Assembly: GCA_036677365.1 (NCBI GenBank)
Contig: JAVBWN010000014.1
Span: 127,137 to 191,136 of the forward strand
Source: Acholeplasma sp.
GTDB lineage: Bacteria; Bacillota_I; Bacilli_A; Acholeplasmatales; UBA5453
Length of the DNA: 64,000 bases
Direction of reading: 5' to 3'
Positions 49,182 through 58,306 of this stretch are shown here, piece after piece; within the stretch, counting starts at the first letter, position 1; each line of letters starts with the position of its first letter. The notes beneath the pieces were generated by a model. It worked only from the letters and a program-made list of their open reading frames with translations, was not told the DNA's origin and did not search any database. The position numbers and the translations under genes were made by a program.

Positions 49182-50414
49182 ATGAAAAGAAGAGTTGTCG
49201 TTACAGGCTTAGGCTTAGTCAGCCCCCTTGGCAATACCGTAGAATCTTCATTCCAAGCGATGATTGAAGGCAAAAACGGGATTGATTTCATCACACTAGA
49301 AGATGTTACCAACTGGAAAGTGAAACTCGCTGGTGAAGTTAAAAATTTAAACTTTGAAGATTTCATCGACAGAAAAGAAGTCAAACGTTCAGACCGTTCG
49401 GTCTTACTGGCTTTGATCGCTGCCGATGAAGCTTATAAACAAGCCAAACTCGAAGGTGCAGAGATTGATCGTACCCGATTTGGACTATTCGTAGGTAGTG
49501 GGATTGGGGGGTTAAATACCATCCAAGAAGAGGTTTCTACTTACGCAACACGCGGTCAAGACCGCATGTCACCGTTTTTTATCCCAAATTCCATCATCAA
49601 CTTGATTGGTGCGAAGATTGGTATTAAATATCAAATTTATGGACCGAACTTACCACAAGTTACGGCGTGTTCAGCAGCCACCAACTCGATGGGTGAAGCG
49701 TTCAGATACATCCGTGATGGGTATTTAGACATCGCCATGACTGGCGGTGCAGAAGCGCCTGTAAACGGGATCGGTGTGGGTGGATTCGCAGCGATGAAAG
49801 CCCTCAATACATCAAATAATCGGGATAGAGCATCCATCCCATTCGATGCTGACCGTAGCGGGTTTGTCATCGCTGAAGGTGCTGGCATCCTCATTTTGGA
49901 ATCCTACGACCACGCAGTCAAACGCGGTGCACCGATTTTGGCAGAAATGGTTGGGTACGGGTCTTCGACCGATGCTTTCCATATGACCTCACCAGATGAA
50001 GAAGCCAAAGGCATCACCTTATGCTTAAAACAAGCTTTACAAGACGCAGGGATTGAACCCAAGGATGTGGGTTATATCAATGCCCACGGAACCTCGACTG
50101 TGTTGAATGACAAATTCGAGACCATGGGTATTAAAAAAGCCTTTGGACCCGCTGCCTATGATGTCAATATTTCATCGACTAAATCGATGACTGGACATGC
50201 TTTGGGTGCGGCTGGGGCGATTGAAACGATCGCTGTCATCAAAGCACTTCAAACGGGTATCATCCCTCCAACCATCAATTATCAAAATCCTGACCCGGAT
50301 TGTGACCTCAATTACACGATAAATGTCGCGGTCAAACGCGATATTCAGTATGGGATGAATATCAATATTGGTTTTGGCGGACAAAACGCTGCCATCATCT
50401 TTAAAAAGGTGTAA
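49182..50414 (+). CDS. fabF: 3-oxoacyl-ACP synthase II
   Basis: VTACS, NAHGTST, KSMTGH, GFGGQNA. Confidence 0.96.
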   Translation: MKRRVVVTGLGLVSPLGNTVESSFQAMIEGKNGIDFITLEDVTNWKVKLAGEVKNLNFEDFIDRKEVKRSDRSVLLALIAADEAYKQAKLEGAEIDRTRFGLFVGSGIGGLNTIQEEVSTYATRGQDRMSPFFIPNSIINLIGAKIGIKYQIYGPNLPQVTACSAATNSMGEAFRYIRDGYLDIAMTGGAEAPVNGIGVGGFAAMKALNTSNNRDRASIPFDADRSGFVIAEGAGILILESYDHAVKRGAPILAEMVGYGSSTDAFHMTSPDEEAKGITLCLKQALQDAGIEPKDVGYINAHGTSTVLNDKFETMGIKKAFGPAAYDVNISSTKSMTGHALGAAGAIETIAVIKALQTGIIPPTINYQNPDPDCDLNYTINVAVKRDIQYGMNINIGFGGQNAAIIFKKV

Positions 50415-50416
50415 GT

Positions 50417-50842
50417 ATGCTCAATCAAGAACAAATAAAAAACATCTTACCCCACCGTGACCCTTTTTTGATGATCGATGAAATCACTTTTCTAGAACCC
50501 CTCAAAAAAGCGATTGGGGTGAAGCATGTGAAAGTAACCGAGGATTACTTCCGTGGTCATTTTCCTTCTAAACCCGTGATGCCAGGGGTACTCATCATTG
50601 AATCCCTCGCTCAAGTCGGTGCGGTCGCTTTGTTATCCTCTGAAACTTATCAAGGGAAACTCGCGTTTTTCACAGGGATTGAATCGGCTAAATTTAGAAA
50701 AAGTGTCTTGCCGGGCGATGAACTCGTCTTAGAATGTGAAATCACGAAAGTCAGAGGACCCTTTGGTTTTGGGTCAGGCAAAGCGTATGTGAATGACGAA
50801 CTGGTATGTGAAGCCAACATCTCATTCGCTGTCGGCAGCTGA
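50417..50842 (+). CDS. fabZ: 3-hydroxyacyl-ACP dehydratase
   Basis: LPHRDPFL, FRGHFP..PVMPGVLIIESLAQ. Confidence 0.96.
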   Translation: MLNQEQIKNILPHRDPFLMIDEITFLEPLKKAIGVKHVKVTEDYFRGHFPSKPVMPGVLIIESLAQVGAVALLSSETYQGKLAFFTGIESAKFRKSVLPGDELVLECEITKVRGPFGFGSGKAYVNDELVCEANISFAVGS

Positions 50843-51357
50843 TGAGCTATACCATTTTAGAATACAAGACACTCGATTCTACCAATACATTTTTAAAGAC
50901 GTACCACAGTGCATTATCCCATTTGACATTCGTTAGAACGAGACACCAAACCGCTGGTCGAGGCCAATTCGACCGGATTTGGACATCGAATGACAATGAA
51001 AATATTTTGTGTTCAGTCTTATTAAAAGACGTCCCATTGGATAAAGCAGAACACCACAAGCGTTGGATTGAACAAGGGTTATTAACATTTTTAAAAAACA
51101 TGCAACTGATGACCACCTTCAAAGCACCCAACGATATCTATGTTGGTACTCAAAAAATATGTGGGATTCTCACTGAATCGCAAAGTGATGCAAACCAATT
51201 CACCTATGTGGTGATTGGGTTTGGACTCAATGTCAATCAAACCGAATTTGGTGGGTTAAACGCGACGTCTTTGGCACTTCAATTTAAACAAAACTTCAAT
51301 GTGGATACACTGTTTGAATCGTTAATTCAACATTTATTATCCACCTATGGTGACTAA
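50842..51357 (+). CDS. birA: biotin-protein ligase, catalytic domain only (no HTH)
   Basis: DSTN, QTAGRGQFDR.W, KAPNDI, KICGILTE, GFGLNVN. Confidence 0.9.
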   Translation: MSYTILEYKTLDSTNTFLKTYHSALSHLTFVRTRHQTAGRGQFDRIWTSNDNENILCSVLLKDVPLDKAEHHKRWIEQGLLTFLKNMQLMTTFKAPNDIYVGTQKICGILTESQSDANQFTYVVIGFGLNVNQTEFGGLNATSLALQFKQNFNVDTLFESLIQHLLSTYGD

Positions 51358-51358
51358 T

Positions 51359-51895
51359 ATGACGAAACTCAACCATTGGATTAAAATAGCCGCGATGACG
51401 GCTGTTTTATGCATATCTGTATATCTTGTTCCACCCATCGTGGTCTTTGGGGGTGTTCCATTGACCATCCAAACGTTCGTCATTTTCTTGATCGCCTATT
51501 TATTCAATAAAACAGACGCTTTTTTGACTTTAGTTTTATATCTTTTCATTGGGGTACTAGGGTTACCTGTATTTTCAGGTGGTACGGGTGGTTTATCAGC
51601 CATCTTAGGCCCGACCGGTGGATTCTTAGTGATGTTTCCCATCATCGCATATTTGATTTCTAGCTTTAAATCCAAGGACAAACACAGGGTTTATGACATC
51701 CTCATGACCTTTGGATTTGGTATTCTTTTGTTGTATGGTTTTTCAGCCTTATGGCTGGCTTATGTTTTAAACGTATCGTATTTAAACGCAATCGTAATAT
51801 TACTTCCATTTGTGCCATTAGACATCTTTAAGATTGTCATCGCACATACTGTGTACACTAAAATGCCATCCGTATACGAACTATCTACACATTAG
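51359..51895 (+). CDS. bioY: biotin transporter BioY (ECF S-component)
   Basis: VPLTIQT, GLPVFSGG.GG, GPTGGFL, PFVPLD. Confidence 0.93.
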   Translation: MTKLNHWIKIAAMTAVLCISVYLVPPIVVFGGVPLTIQTFVIFLIAYLFNKTDAFLTLVLYLFIGVLGLPVFSGGTGGLSAILGPTGGFLVMFPIIAYLISSFKSKDKHRVYDILMTFGFGILLLYGFSALWLAYVLNVSYLNAIVILLPFVPLDIFKIVIAHTVYTKMPSVYELSTH

Positions 51896-51920
51896 GGCAA
51901 CCCCCAATAAAGGAATTGTA

Positions 51921-53336
51921 ATGACATTATCTTTACCGAAAATCATCCAAGGTGGGATGGGCGTGGGTGTGAGTTCTGCACAACTCGCCAACACCGTATC
52001 TAGAGCAGGGCAACTCGGGGTGGTCTCAGGGACCGCACTCGGTTTAACTTTCGCAAGAAGACTCATGCAAAAAGGCAATGAAGTCTATCTTGAAGCGATG
52101 AATCACTTTCCATTTAAAAAAGTGATTGAACGCATTCAACAAAAGTTTCATCTAAAAGCAGACAATGACCCATTCAAAATGGTTGAAATGCCAACGATTC
52201 ATCCCTCAGAAGATTTGAATGAACTGATTGTCGTGGCGAACTTCGTCGAGGTCCATTTGGCGAAAAAAGGCCACCAAGGGGTGGTAGGCATCAACTTTTT
52301 AGAGAAAATCCAGTTTCCAACCCTCGCGTCCATTTATGGGGCGATTTTGGCCGGTGTCGATTATATCCTGATGGGCGCTGGGATCCCCCACCGCATTCCA
52401 GATGTCATCAAAAAGTTATCGAAACATGAGGATGCGAACTTACCGATTAAAGTAGCGAATGAACACGCCAATGACATCGAGTTATCGACATTCTCACCCA
52501 AAGCATTTGCGAAAGAAGAAGCGCTGCCTGAACTGAAAAAACCTCAATTCTTAGCCATCATTGGGTCACATACGTTAGCGAATTATTTGATGAAAAGTGA
52601 GTTTGGTTCACCCGACGGTTTTGTCGTTGAATTGCCCATCGCTGGTGGGCATAACGCCCCACCCCGTGGCAATTACCCGCTCACCGAATCGGGCGAACCG
52701 ATTTATGGGGATAGAGACCAAGTGGATTTTGAAGCTTTAAAAGTACACAATAAACCGTTTTGGTTGGCTGGTGGGTTTGGTAATCCAGAAAGCCTTCAAC
52801 GGGCTTTGGTTTTAGGCGCGGTAGGTATTCAAGTTGGGACAGCGTTCGCGTTTTCCAATGAATCGGGGTTTGAAGCGGAATTGAAACAACGTGTCTTAAA
52901 ACAAGTGGTTTCTAAAAATATTCGGGTCAAAACCGACATCAAAGCCTCACCCACTGGATTCCCGTTTAAAGTTGCAGGTGTGTCTGATACCCTGTCTGAA
53001 GATGCCGCATACGCCGCACGCAAGCGTGTTTGTGATTTGGGTTATTTAAGAGAAGCTTACCGTAAAGACAATGGGTCGATTGGTTACAGATGTCCTTCTG
53101 AACCCATCGATGATTATGTCCGTAAAGGTGGTAAAATCGAAGATACCGTGGGTCGTAAGTGCTTGTGTAATGGGTTGGTTGCAGGCATCGGTTTAGGTCA
53201 AAAGCGTAAAGATGGCCGCGATGAATTACCTTTGGTGACCTCCGGGGACGATTTGGTGAACTTAACTCCACTCATCCATAAGGAAACGTTTAGTTACTCA
53301 GCGACCGATGTTTTGAAATATATCTTACAGTCCTAA
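51921..53336 (+). CDS. nitronate monooxygenase/FabK-superfamily flavoprotein, FabX-like, with C-terminal 4-Cys domain
   Basis: IIQGGMGVGVS, GAGIP, E.PIAGGH, LAGG, GIQVGTAF, SPTGFP; CDLGYL...RCPSEP...CLCNGL. Confidence 0.8.
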   Translation: MTLSLPKIIQGGMGVGVSSAQLANTVSRAGQLGVVSGTALGLTFARRLMQKGNEVYLEAMNHFPFKKVIERIQQKFHLKADNDPFKMVEMPTIHPSEDLNELIVVANFVEVHLAKKGHQGVVGINFLEKIQFPTLASIYGAILAGVDYILMGAGIPHRIPDVIKKLSKHEDANLPIKVANEHANDIELSTFSPKAFAKEEALPELKKPQFLAIIGSHTLANYLMKSEFGSPDGFVVELPIAGGHNAPPRGNYPLTESGEPIYGDRDQVDFEALKVHNKPFWLAGGFGNPESLQRALVLGAVGIQVGTAFAFSNESGFEAELKQRVLKQVVSKNIRVKTDIKASPTGFPFKVAGVSDTLSEDAAYAARKRVCDLGYLREAYRKDNGSIGYRCPSEPIDDYVRKGGKIEDTVGRKCLCNGLVAGIGLGQKRKDGRDELPLVTSGDDLVNLTPLIHKETFSYSATDVLKYILQS

Positions 53337-53342
53337 AAAAAT

Positions 53343-53380
53343 GGGTCAATACCGTTCGGTGTTGGCTTTTATTTCTTCTT
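53343..53380 (+). terminator. terminator ending the acc-fab operon
   Basis: GGTCAATAC-CGTTCG-GTGTTGGCT + T-rich tail. Confidence 0.7.
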
Positions 53381-53394
53381 TCTTAACTCGAGTG

Positions 53395-53451
53395 TTTACA
53401 TTATATCTTTGGGCAGTTATAATGATTTTGGGTGTATGAAATCGGTTTCCT
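53395..53451 (+). promoter_or_regulatory. GH3 promoter with downstream cre/LacI-type operator
   Basis: TTTACA 53395-53400, 17 bp spacer, TATAAT 53418-53423; TGAAATCGGTTTCC at 53437-53450. Confidence 0.7.
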
Positions 53452-53477
53452 TATAAAGAAACCCCTAGGAGAACTAC

Positions 53478-55307
53478 ATGAAAAAAATAATGTATGCGAT
53501 TCAATGCTTATTATTGGTGGTGTTTTTGGTCGGTTGTACGAACCAAGGCCCTAAAACCATCGATGGACCAGAAGACTTAGATACCATTGAAGAAAAGGTT
53601 GCTTGGTGGGTAGAAAATTTGTCTTTAGATGAAAAAGCTGGACAAATGATTCAAGCGGAACGCATCAACAATAACAATGGCATTTCGGTAGACGATGCGA
53701 GAAGACTCAACATCGGTTCGATTTTAAATGGCGGCGGGAATACCCCAACCACCAACAACGTACCGAGTTGGTATTTAATGTATCAATCGTATTATCAAGC
53801 ATCGATTCAAAGTTCTTCAGGGATTCCAGTCATTTACGGGGTAGATGCGGTGCATGGTCATGGGAACTTACAAAACGCGACGATTTTCCCACACAACATT
53901 GGATTAGCTGCTGCGAACAACCCAGAACTTATGAGAGCGATTGGTGAAGTCACGGCTTATGAAATCGCACAAACTGGATTAACGTATAATTTTTCGCCTT
54001 CACTTGGTATCATTAAAGACAAAAGATGGGGTAGAACCTATGAAACCTTTGGTGAAAACCCTGCTGTTCCGATGAATTTGATTGGACCTTACATTGAAGG
54101 CTTACAAACCTATGGCATCGCAGCCTCTGCGAAACATTTTGTGGGTGATGGATACACCACGTATAGTACGGGTTTAGGCGGTAAATTAGACCGCGGAAAC
54201 GCGACGATTACACTCGATGATTTAGAAAATATTCATTTACCGTTATACCGAGAAGCCATTGAAGCTGGGGTTAAAACCATCATGGTTTCTTATAGCAGTT
54301 TAAATGGATTACAAATGCATGAGAATGCCCATATGATTACGGATGTTTTAAAAGGTGAATTGGGTTTTAAAGGGTTTGTTATATCGGATTATAACGGGAT
54401 TGATAACATTGCAGAAAATGGTTTTGAACAGAAAGTGGCTGCAGCCATCAATGCAGGCATCGATATGCTGATGCAACCCCATAATTTTGAAGACACCATC
54501 GCAGCGATCAAAATCGGTGTTCAAACCGGTGATATCCCAATGGCACGCATCGATGACGCGGTATCGCGTATATTAACCGTAAAATATGAATTAGGTTTAT
54601 TTGAAACTAAAGAACGACTTGCAGCGGATTTAAGAAACGCCGAGAGTTTAGCAGTCGCGAGACAAGCGGTGAGAGAATCCTTAGTACTATTAAAGAACGA
54701 ACAAAATGTATTGCCATTATCCAAAGATATGAATCTATTGGTGGTAGGTCAAGGGTCAAACAATATTGGTATCCAATCTGGTGGTTGGACCATGACATGG
54801 CAAGGCAGTGACAATTTAAACATCGCTGGCACATCCATCTTAAAAGCATTCAGAGAAGCGACTTCAGGTTCCATTTATACGAACATGGCCGATGTCAATA
54901 AAGTGGATGCCATTATATTGGTATTATCGGAAAAACCACACGCAGAAATGATGGGCGATTCTGTGGGGTTATCCTTGATTGATGATACGGGGTATGCTCA
55001 AAACTTAAACTGGATCAACCAAGTGAGAAATGCAGGCAAACCGGTCATTACCATCATGCTTTCATCAAAACCGTTGTTAGTGACGGATTACATCGATGAC
55101 TTCGATGCCTTTGTCATGGCATTCCTGCCAGGGACAGAAGGGGCAGGCATCACCGATGTCCTTTATGGCGATTATGACTTTGTTGGTAAACTGCCTTATA
55201 CCTATCCAATGTATGTATCTCAAGCTGCACATACGATGCTCGATCCCGATTATGACCCAGAGGATTACTTGTTCCCATATGGGTATGGATTGAACTATCC
55301 AAACTAA
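53478..55307 (+). CDS. GH3 beta-glucosidase / exo-beta-glucanase lipoprotein
   Basis: Lipobox LVGC; GIPVIYGVDAVHG, RWGRTYE, AKHFVGDG, LGFKGFVISDY (nucleophile), LFPYGYGL. Confidence 0.93.
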   Translation: MKKIMYAIQCLLLVVFLVGCTNQGPKTIDGPEDLDTIEEKVAWWVENLSLDEKAGQMIQAERINNNNGISVDDARRLNIGSILNGGGNTPTTNNVPSWYLMYQSYYQASIQSSSGIPVIYGVDAVHGHGNLQNATIFPHNIGLAAANNPELMRAIGEVTAYEIAQTGLTYNFSPSLGIIKDKRWGRTYETFGENPAVPMNLIGPYIEGLQTYGIAASAKHFVGDGYTTYSTGLGGKLDRGNATITLDDLENIHLPLYREAIEAGVKTIMVSYSSLNGLQMHENAHMITDVLKGELGFKGFVISDYNGIDNIAENGFEQKVAAAINAGIDMLMQPHNFEDTIAAIKIGVQTGDIPMARIDDAVSRILTVKYELGLFETKERLAADLRNAESLAVARQAVRESLVLLKNEQNVLPLSKDMNLLVVGQGSNNIGIQSGGWTMTWQGSDNLNIAGTSILKAFREATSGSIYTNMADVNKVDAIILVLSEKPHAEMMGDSVGLSLIDDTGYAQNLNWINQVRNAGKPVITIMLSSKPLLVTDYIDDFDAFVMAFLPGTEGAGITDVLYGDYDFVGKLPYTYPMYVSQAAHTMLDPDYDPEDYLFPYGYGLNYPN

Positions 55308-55325
55308 CTAAAATATAATGATTAT

Positions 55326-55352
55326 AAAGAGTCCGAAAAATCGGACTTTTTT
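55326..55352 (+). terminator. intrinsic terminator after GH3
   Basis: AGTCCGA-AAAA-TCGGACT + TTTTT. Confidence 0.85.
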
Positions 55353-55387
55353 GTTGTTTTCATGCCTGTTTTTTGGCTTGATTACGA

Positions 55388-55401
55388 TGTAACCGTTATC
55401 A
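55388..55401 (+). promoter_or_regulatory. cre (CcpA/LacI-type) site upstream of the hydrogenase operon
   Basis: TGTAACCGTTATCA matches TGWAANCGNTNWCA at all positions; extended -10 TGATAAAAT at about 55455-55463. Confidence 0.65.
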
Positions 55402-55497
55402 TTAATATTAAATGTAAAACTTCTAATTTAGTGTCTATTATTTATAATAACTTATGATAAAATGAGGGTGTAATCAACGATACATTACAGGAGAAAA

Positions 55498-55995
55498 ATG
55501 AATATGAAAGACCATCTTTGTCAGGAAAAGCTCAATCTTTTTTATGCTAGAATGGCGGAAAACAAGCAAAAGCCAGGACCGCTCATGCCAACACTACATG
55601 ACGCGCAATCGATTTTTGGTTACATTCCTTTAACCATTCAAAAGATCATTTCGGAAGAACTTGGCGAAAGCATCGCTAAGATCAATGGTGTTGTCACATT
55701 TTATGGCAACTTTTCTGTTACACCCAAAGGCGAACATACCGTTTCTGTATGCTTAGGTACTGCTTGTTATGTCAGGGGTTCTAAGAACATCATGGAAACC
55801 TTAGAAAACGAACTTAAAATCAAAGAAAAAGAAACGACCCCGGATGGACAAGTGACCCTTGTTGCGACACGTTGTATTGGCGCGTGTGGTTTAGCACCGG
55901 TTTTTTCTGTTGACGGTGCAATCCACGGCAACGCCAACGTGTCTAAAGTCAAAGACATCATCAAAGAACTTAAGGAAACCCACCATGAAGCTTAA
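55498..55995 (+). CDS. hydC: [FeFe]-hydrogenase gamma subunit (NuoE-like, 2Fe-2S)
   Basis: GVVTFY, CLGTACYVRG, RCIGACGLAPV. Confidence 0.9.
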   Translation: MNMKDHLCQEKLNLFYARMAENKQKPGPLMPTLHDAQSIFGYIPLTIQKIISEELGESIAKINGVVTFYGNFSVTPKGEHTVSVCLGTACYVRGSKNIMETLENELKIKEKETTPDGQVTLVATRCIGACGLAPVFSVDGAIHGNANVSKVKDIIKELKETHHEA

Positions 55996-56368
55996 TGAAC
56001 TCATGGCTTTGATGGATGCGAAAAGTTATACACCGACTTTGATGAAAGATAAAGACATCCATTTTGCTTTTTGTTCCGATTTGATGAGCGATGCTTTGGT
56101 CATCATGAATTCGGTGAAAGACCCAAAAATCTTAGAACACACCATCCTCATCACGGGTTTAGCGACCCAACAATCGATTCGAACGGCAGAAATGCTCGAT
56201 GTCGATGTGGTTTTATTGGTCAGAGGTAAAATCCCTTCTGAAAAAGTCATTTTACTGGCACACGAAGCGCAGGTCATGTTGTTATCGACAGAAACCACCA
56301 TGTTTAACGCGAGTGGCATTTTGTTTGAAAAAGGCATCCGCGGTGTCAAATACAATATCCAATGGTAA
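55985..56368 (+). CDS. DRTGG-domain protein 1
   Basis: AFCSDLMSDAL, LITGL, IRTAEMLD, VRGK; start at ATG 55985. Confidence 0.85.
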   Translation: MKLNELMALMDAKSYTPTLMKDKDIHFAFCSDLMSDALVIMNSVKDPKILEHTILITGLATQQSIRTAEMLDVDVVLLVRGKIPSEKVILLAHEAQVMLLSTETTMFNASGILFEKGIRGVKYNIQW

Positions 56369-56787
56369 AAGAACACCAAATCATCGCTGGCAACTTTGAC
56401 TTGGCTGGTAGAGCGTCATCTGACCTCAAGCGCTTGTTAAAGCATAGTGCCGCATACCCTCGATTATTCATCAACCGTGTCTGTTCTGCTTCCTATGAAG
56501 CCGAAATCAATGTGGTCATCCATTCGGTGGGTGGCTATATGACTTATGAAGTCGAATCCGATACGATTGAACTCAACTTTTATGACGATGGCCCTGGGAT
56601 TCCAGACATCGAACTCGCGATGAAAAAAGGGTATTCCACAGCGACACAAATCGCACACTTGAATGGCTTTGGTGCTGGGATGGGTTTGAATAACATGAAA
56701 GAACTCTCCGACAGACTGACGATTCATTCAAGTCCACGTGGTACCCATTTACAAATGAACTTTAAAGTTGGTGAACGCGATGTCTAA
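56362..56787 (+). CDS. anti-sigma-type Ser/Thr kinase (HATPase_c, RsbT/RsbW-like)
   Basis: AGRASS, YEAEINVVIH, DDGPGIPDIELAM..GYST, GFGAGMGL. Confidence 0.88.
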   Translation: MVKEHQIIAGNFDLAGRASSDLKRLLKHSAAYPRLFINRVCSASYEAEINVVIHSVGGYMTYEVESDTIELNFYDDGPGIPDIELAMKKGYSTATQIAHLNGFGAGMGLNNMKELSDRLTIHSSPRGTHLQMNFKVGERDV

Positions 56788-57115
56788 ATTATCCGCACTA
56801 CTTGAAAATACACACTATGAAGTTTTAAACCCAAGTCAGGATGACCTTTATTTTGAAGGGGTCTACGCGACAGACCTGTTATCGACAGCCATCAAGCACA
56901 TGAAACCTGATATGGCATTGATCACGATGATTTCAACCAACTCGACATTGAATCTGGCGATGATGGTGGATTTCAATCTAATCATTTTAACCAAAGACGC
57001 CGAAGTATCCGACACATTCTTACTTAAAGCAACCTTAGAAGAAATCACCATCGTAAAAACCGATTATTTAACCCATGAAGTCATCATCGACATGGTTAAG
57101 CGGGGGTTCTTATGA
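56780..57115 (+). CDS. DRTGG-domain protein 2
   Basis: GVYATDLLS...ALIT; paralogous pattern to 55985..56368. Confidence 0.75.
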   Translation: MSKLSALLENTHYEVLNPSQDDLYFEGVYATDLLSTAIKHMKPDMALITMISTNSTLNLAMMVDFNLIILTKDAEVSDTFLLKATLEEITIVKTDYLTHEVIIDMVKRGFL

Positions 57116-57789
57116 CCTATGCGTATGATTTACACATCCACAGCGTCTTATCGCCCTGTGGTGATGTCTTGATGACGCCTAACAATATCTTCAACATGGC
57201 GACTTTAAAAGGTTTAGACATCATTTCCATTACCGACCATAATTCGCTCAAACAGTTATCCACCTGTTATGAACTATCTCAAAGTTATGATTTGTTATTT
57301 ATCCCAGGGGTAGAAATCACCGTGGCTGAAGACTTCGATGTCTTGTGTTACTTCAAGTCCATCAAAGATGCACTGGCTTTTGACCTTGAATTAGAACAAG
57401 CGTTACCCAAAGTCATGAATCAACCAGAGATCTATGGTGAACAATACATCTGTGATATCCACGATGATTTCATCGCAGAAGTACCGTATCTTTTAATCCA
57501 ACCCATCCAGTGGACATTAAAGGAACTTTTGACTAAGTTGACACCATACCCACATATTTTGATTTATGCTCACCTCGATAAAAAACATCGAAGTGGTCAA
57601 GATTATGTCGAACGATACCCACTCGATGGTAAGGAATTCATTGATCCGAGTTTAAAACAAGCTAAAACCCATGTGAAAAATAGCGATGCTCACCAAATCA
57701 TCGACATATTAGAAAAAACACAAGACAATCAAATCGAACTCGATGAATTGACCATAGACGCTTTTTTTAGGTATTTCAGGCATGACTAA
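57112..57789 (+). CDS. PHP-domain phosphoesterase
   Basis: DLHIHSVLSPC, ITDHN, PGVE, AHLD, SDAH. Confidence 0.9.
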   Translation: MTYAYDLHIHSVLSPCGDVLMTPNNIFNMATLKGLDIISITDHNSLKQLSTCYELSQSYDLLFIPGVEITVAEDFDVLCYFKSIKDALAFDLELEQALPKVMNQPEIYGEQYICDIHDDFIAEVPYLLIQPIQWTLKELLTKLTPYPHILIYAHLDKKHRSGQDYVERYPLDGKEFIDPSLKQAKTHVKNSDAHQIIDILEKTQDNQIELDELTIDAFFRYFRHD

Positions 57790-58306
57790 ATTCACCGATT
57801 ATTTATACGATTTGATTCAAAACTCAATTGAAGCGAACGCCTCTCATATTGAGTTATCCATGGTACATCAAGGGTTATTTAGAGTCACCATCCGCGATAA
57901 TGGCAAAGGGATGGATGAATCAACCTTGATGAAAGTCAAAACATTCAGTTATTCTTCAAGAAAAACAAGAACAGTGGGGTTAGGCCTTTCCCTCATCCAC
58001 GATTTAACGATTCAAACCAATGGTTACTTTGAAATTACATCCAAGCTGGGTGTAGGTACGACCTTATCTTTAGGGTTTGACGACCAACACATCGACTTCC
58101 CAGAGATGGGGGATATACCTGCGTTAATAGCTGATTTATACATTCATCAAGGGGTTTCAAACTTGGTATTCACCTATGATGGATTTCAATTAGACTTTCA
58201 GTCATTGGGGCTCAATCACCCCAATAAAACATACAAACAAAGAAACCAATTATACACATACGTCCAAGACAAATTAATAGAGGTGGCAAATGAAAACACT
58301 AGATGA
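57782..58306 (+). CDS. stand-alone HATPase_c (histidine-kinase-like ATPase)
   Basis: DLIQNSIEA.A, DNGKGM, RKTRTVGLGL, S..GVGT, HID...GD; no HisKA H-box. Confidence 0.85.
   Translation: MTKFTDYLYDLIQNSIEANASHIELSMVHQGLFRVTIRDNGKGMDESTLMKVKTFSYSSRKTRTVGLGLSLIHDLTIQTNGYFEITSKLGVGTTLSLGFDDQHIDFPEMGDIPALIADLYIHQGVSNLVFTYDGFQLDFQSLGLNHPNKTYKQRNQLYTYVQDKLIEVANENTR

Noticed and set aside
55469..55489. Rex box at the hydrogenase promoter
   Set aside because: TGTAAT-N9-ATTACA does not fit TTGTGAA-N4-TTCACAA in sequence or spacing; kept only as an unassigned palindrome.
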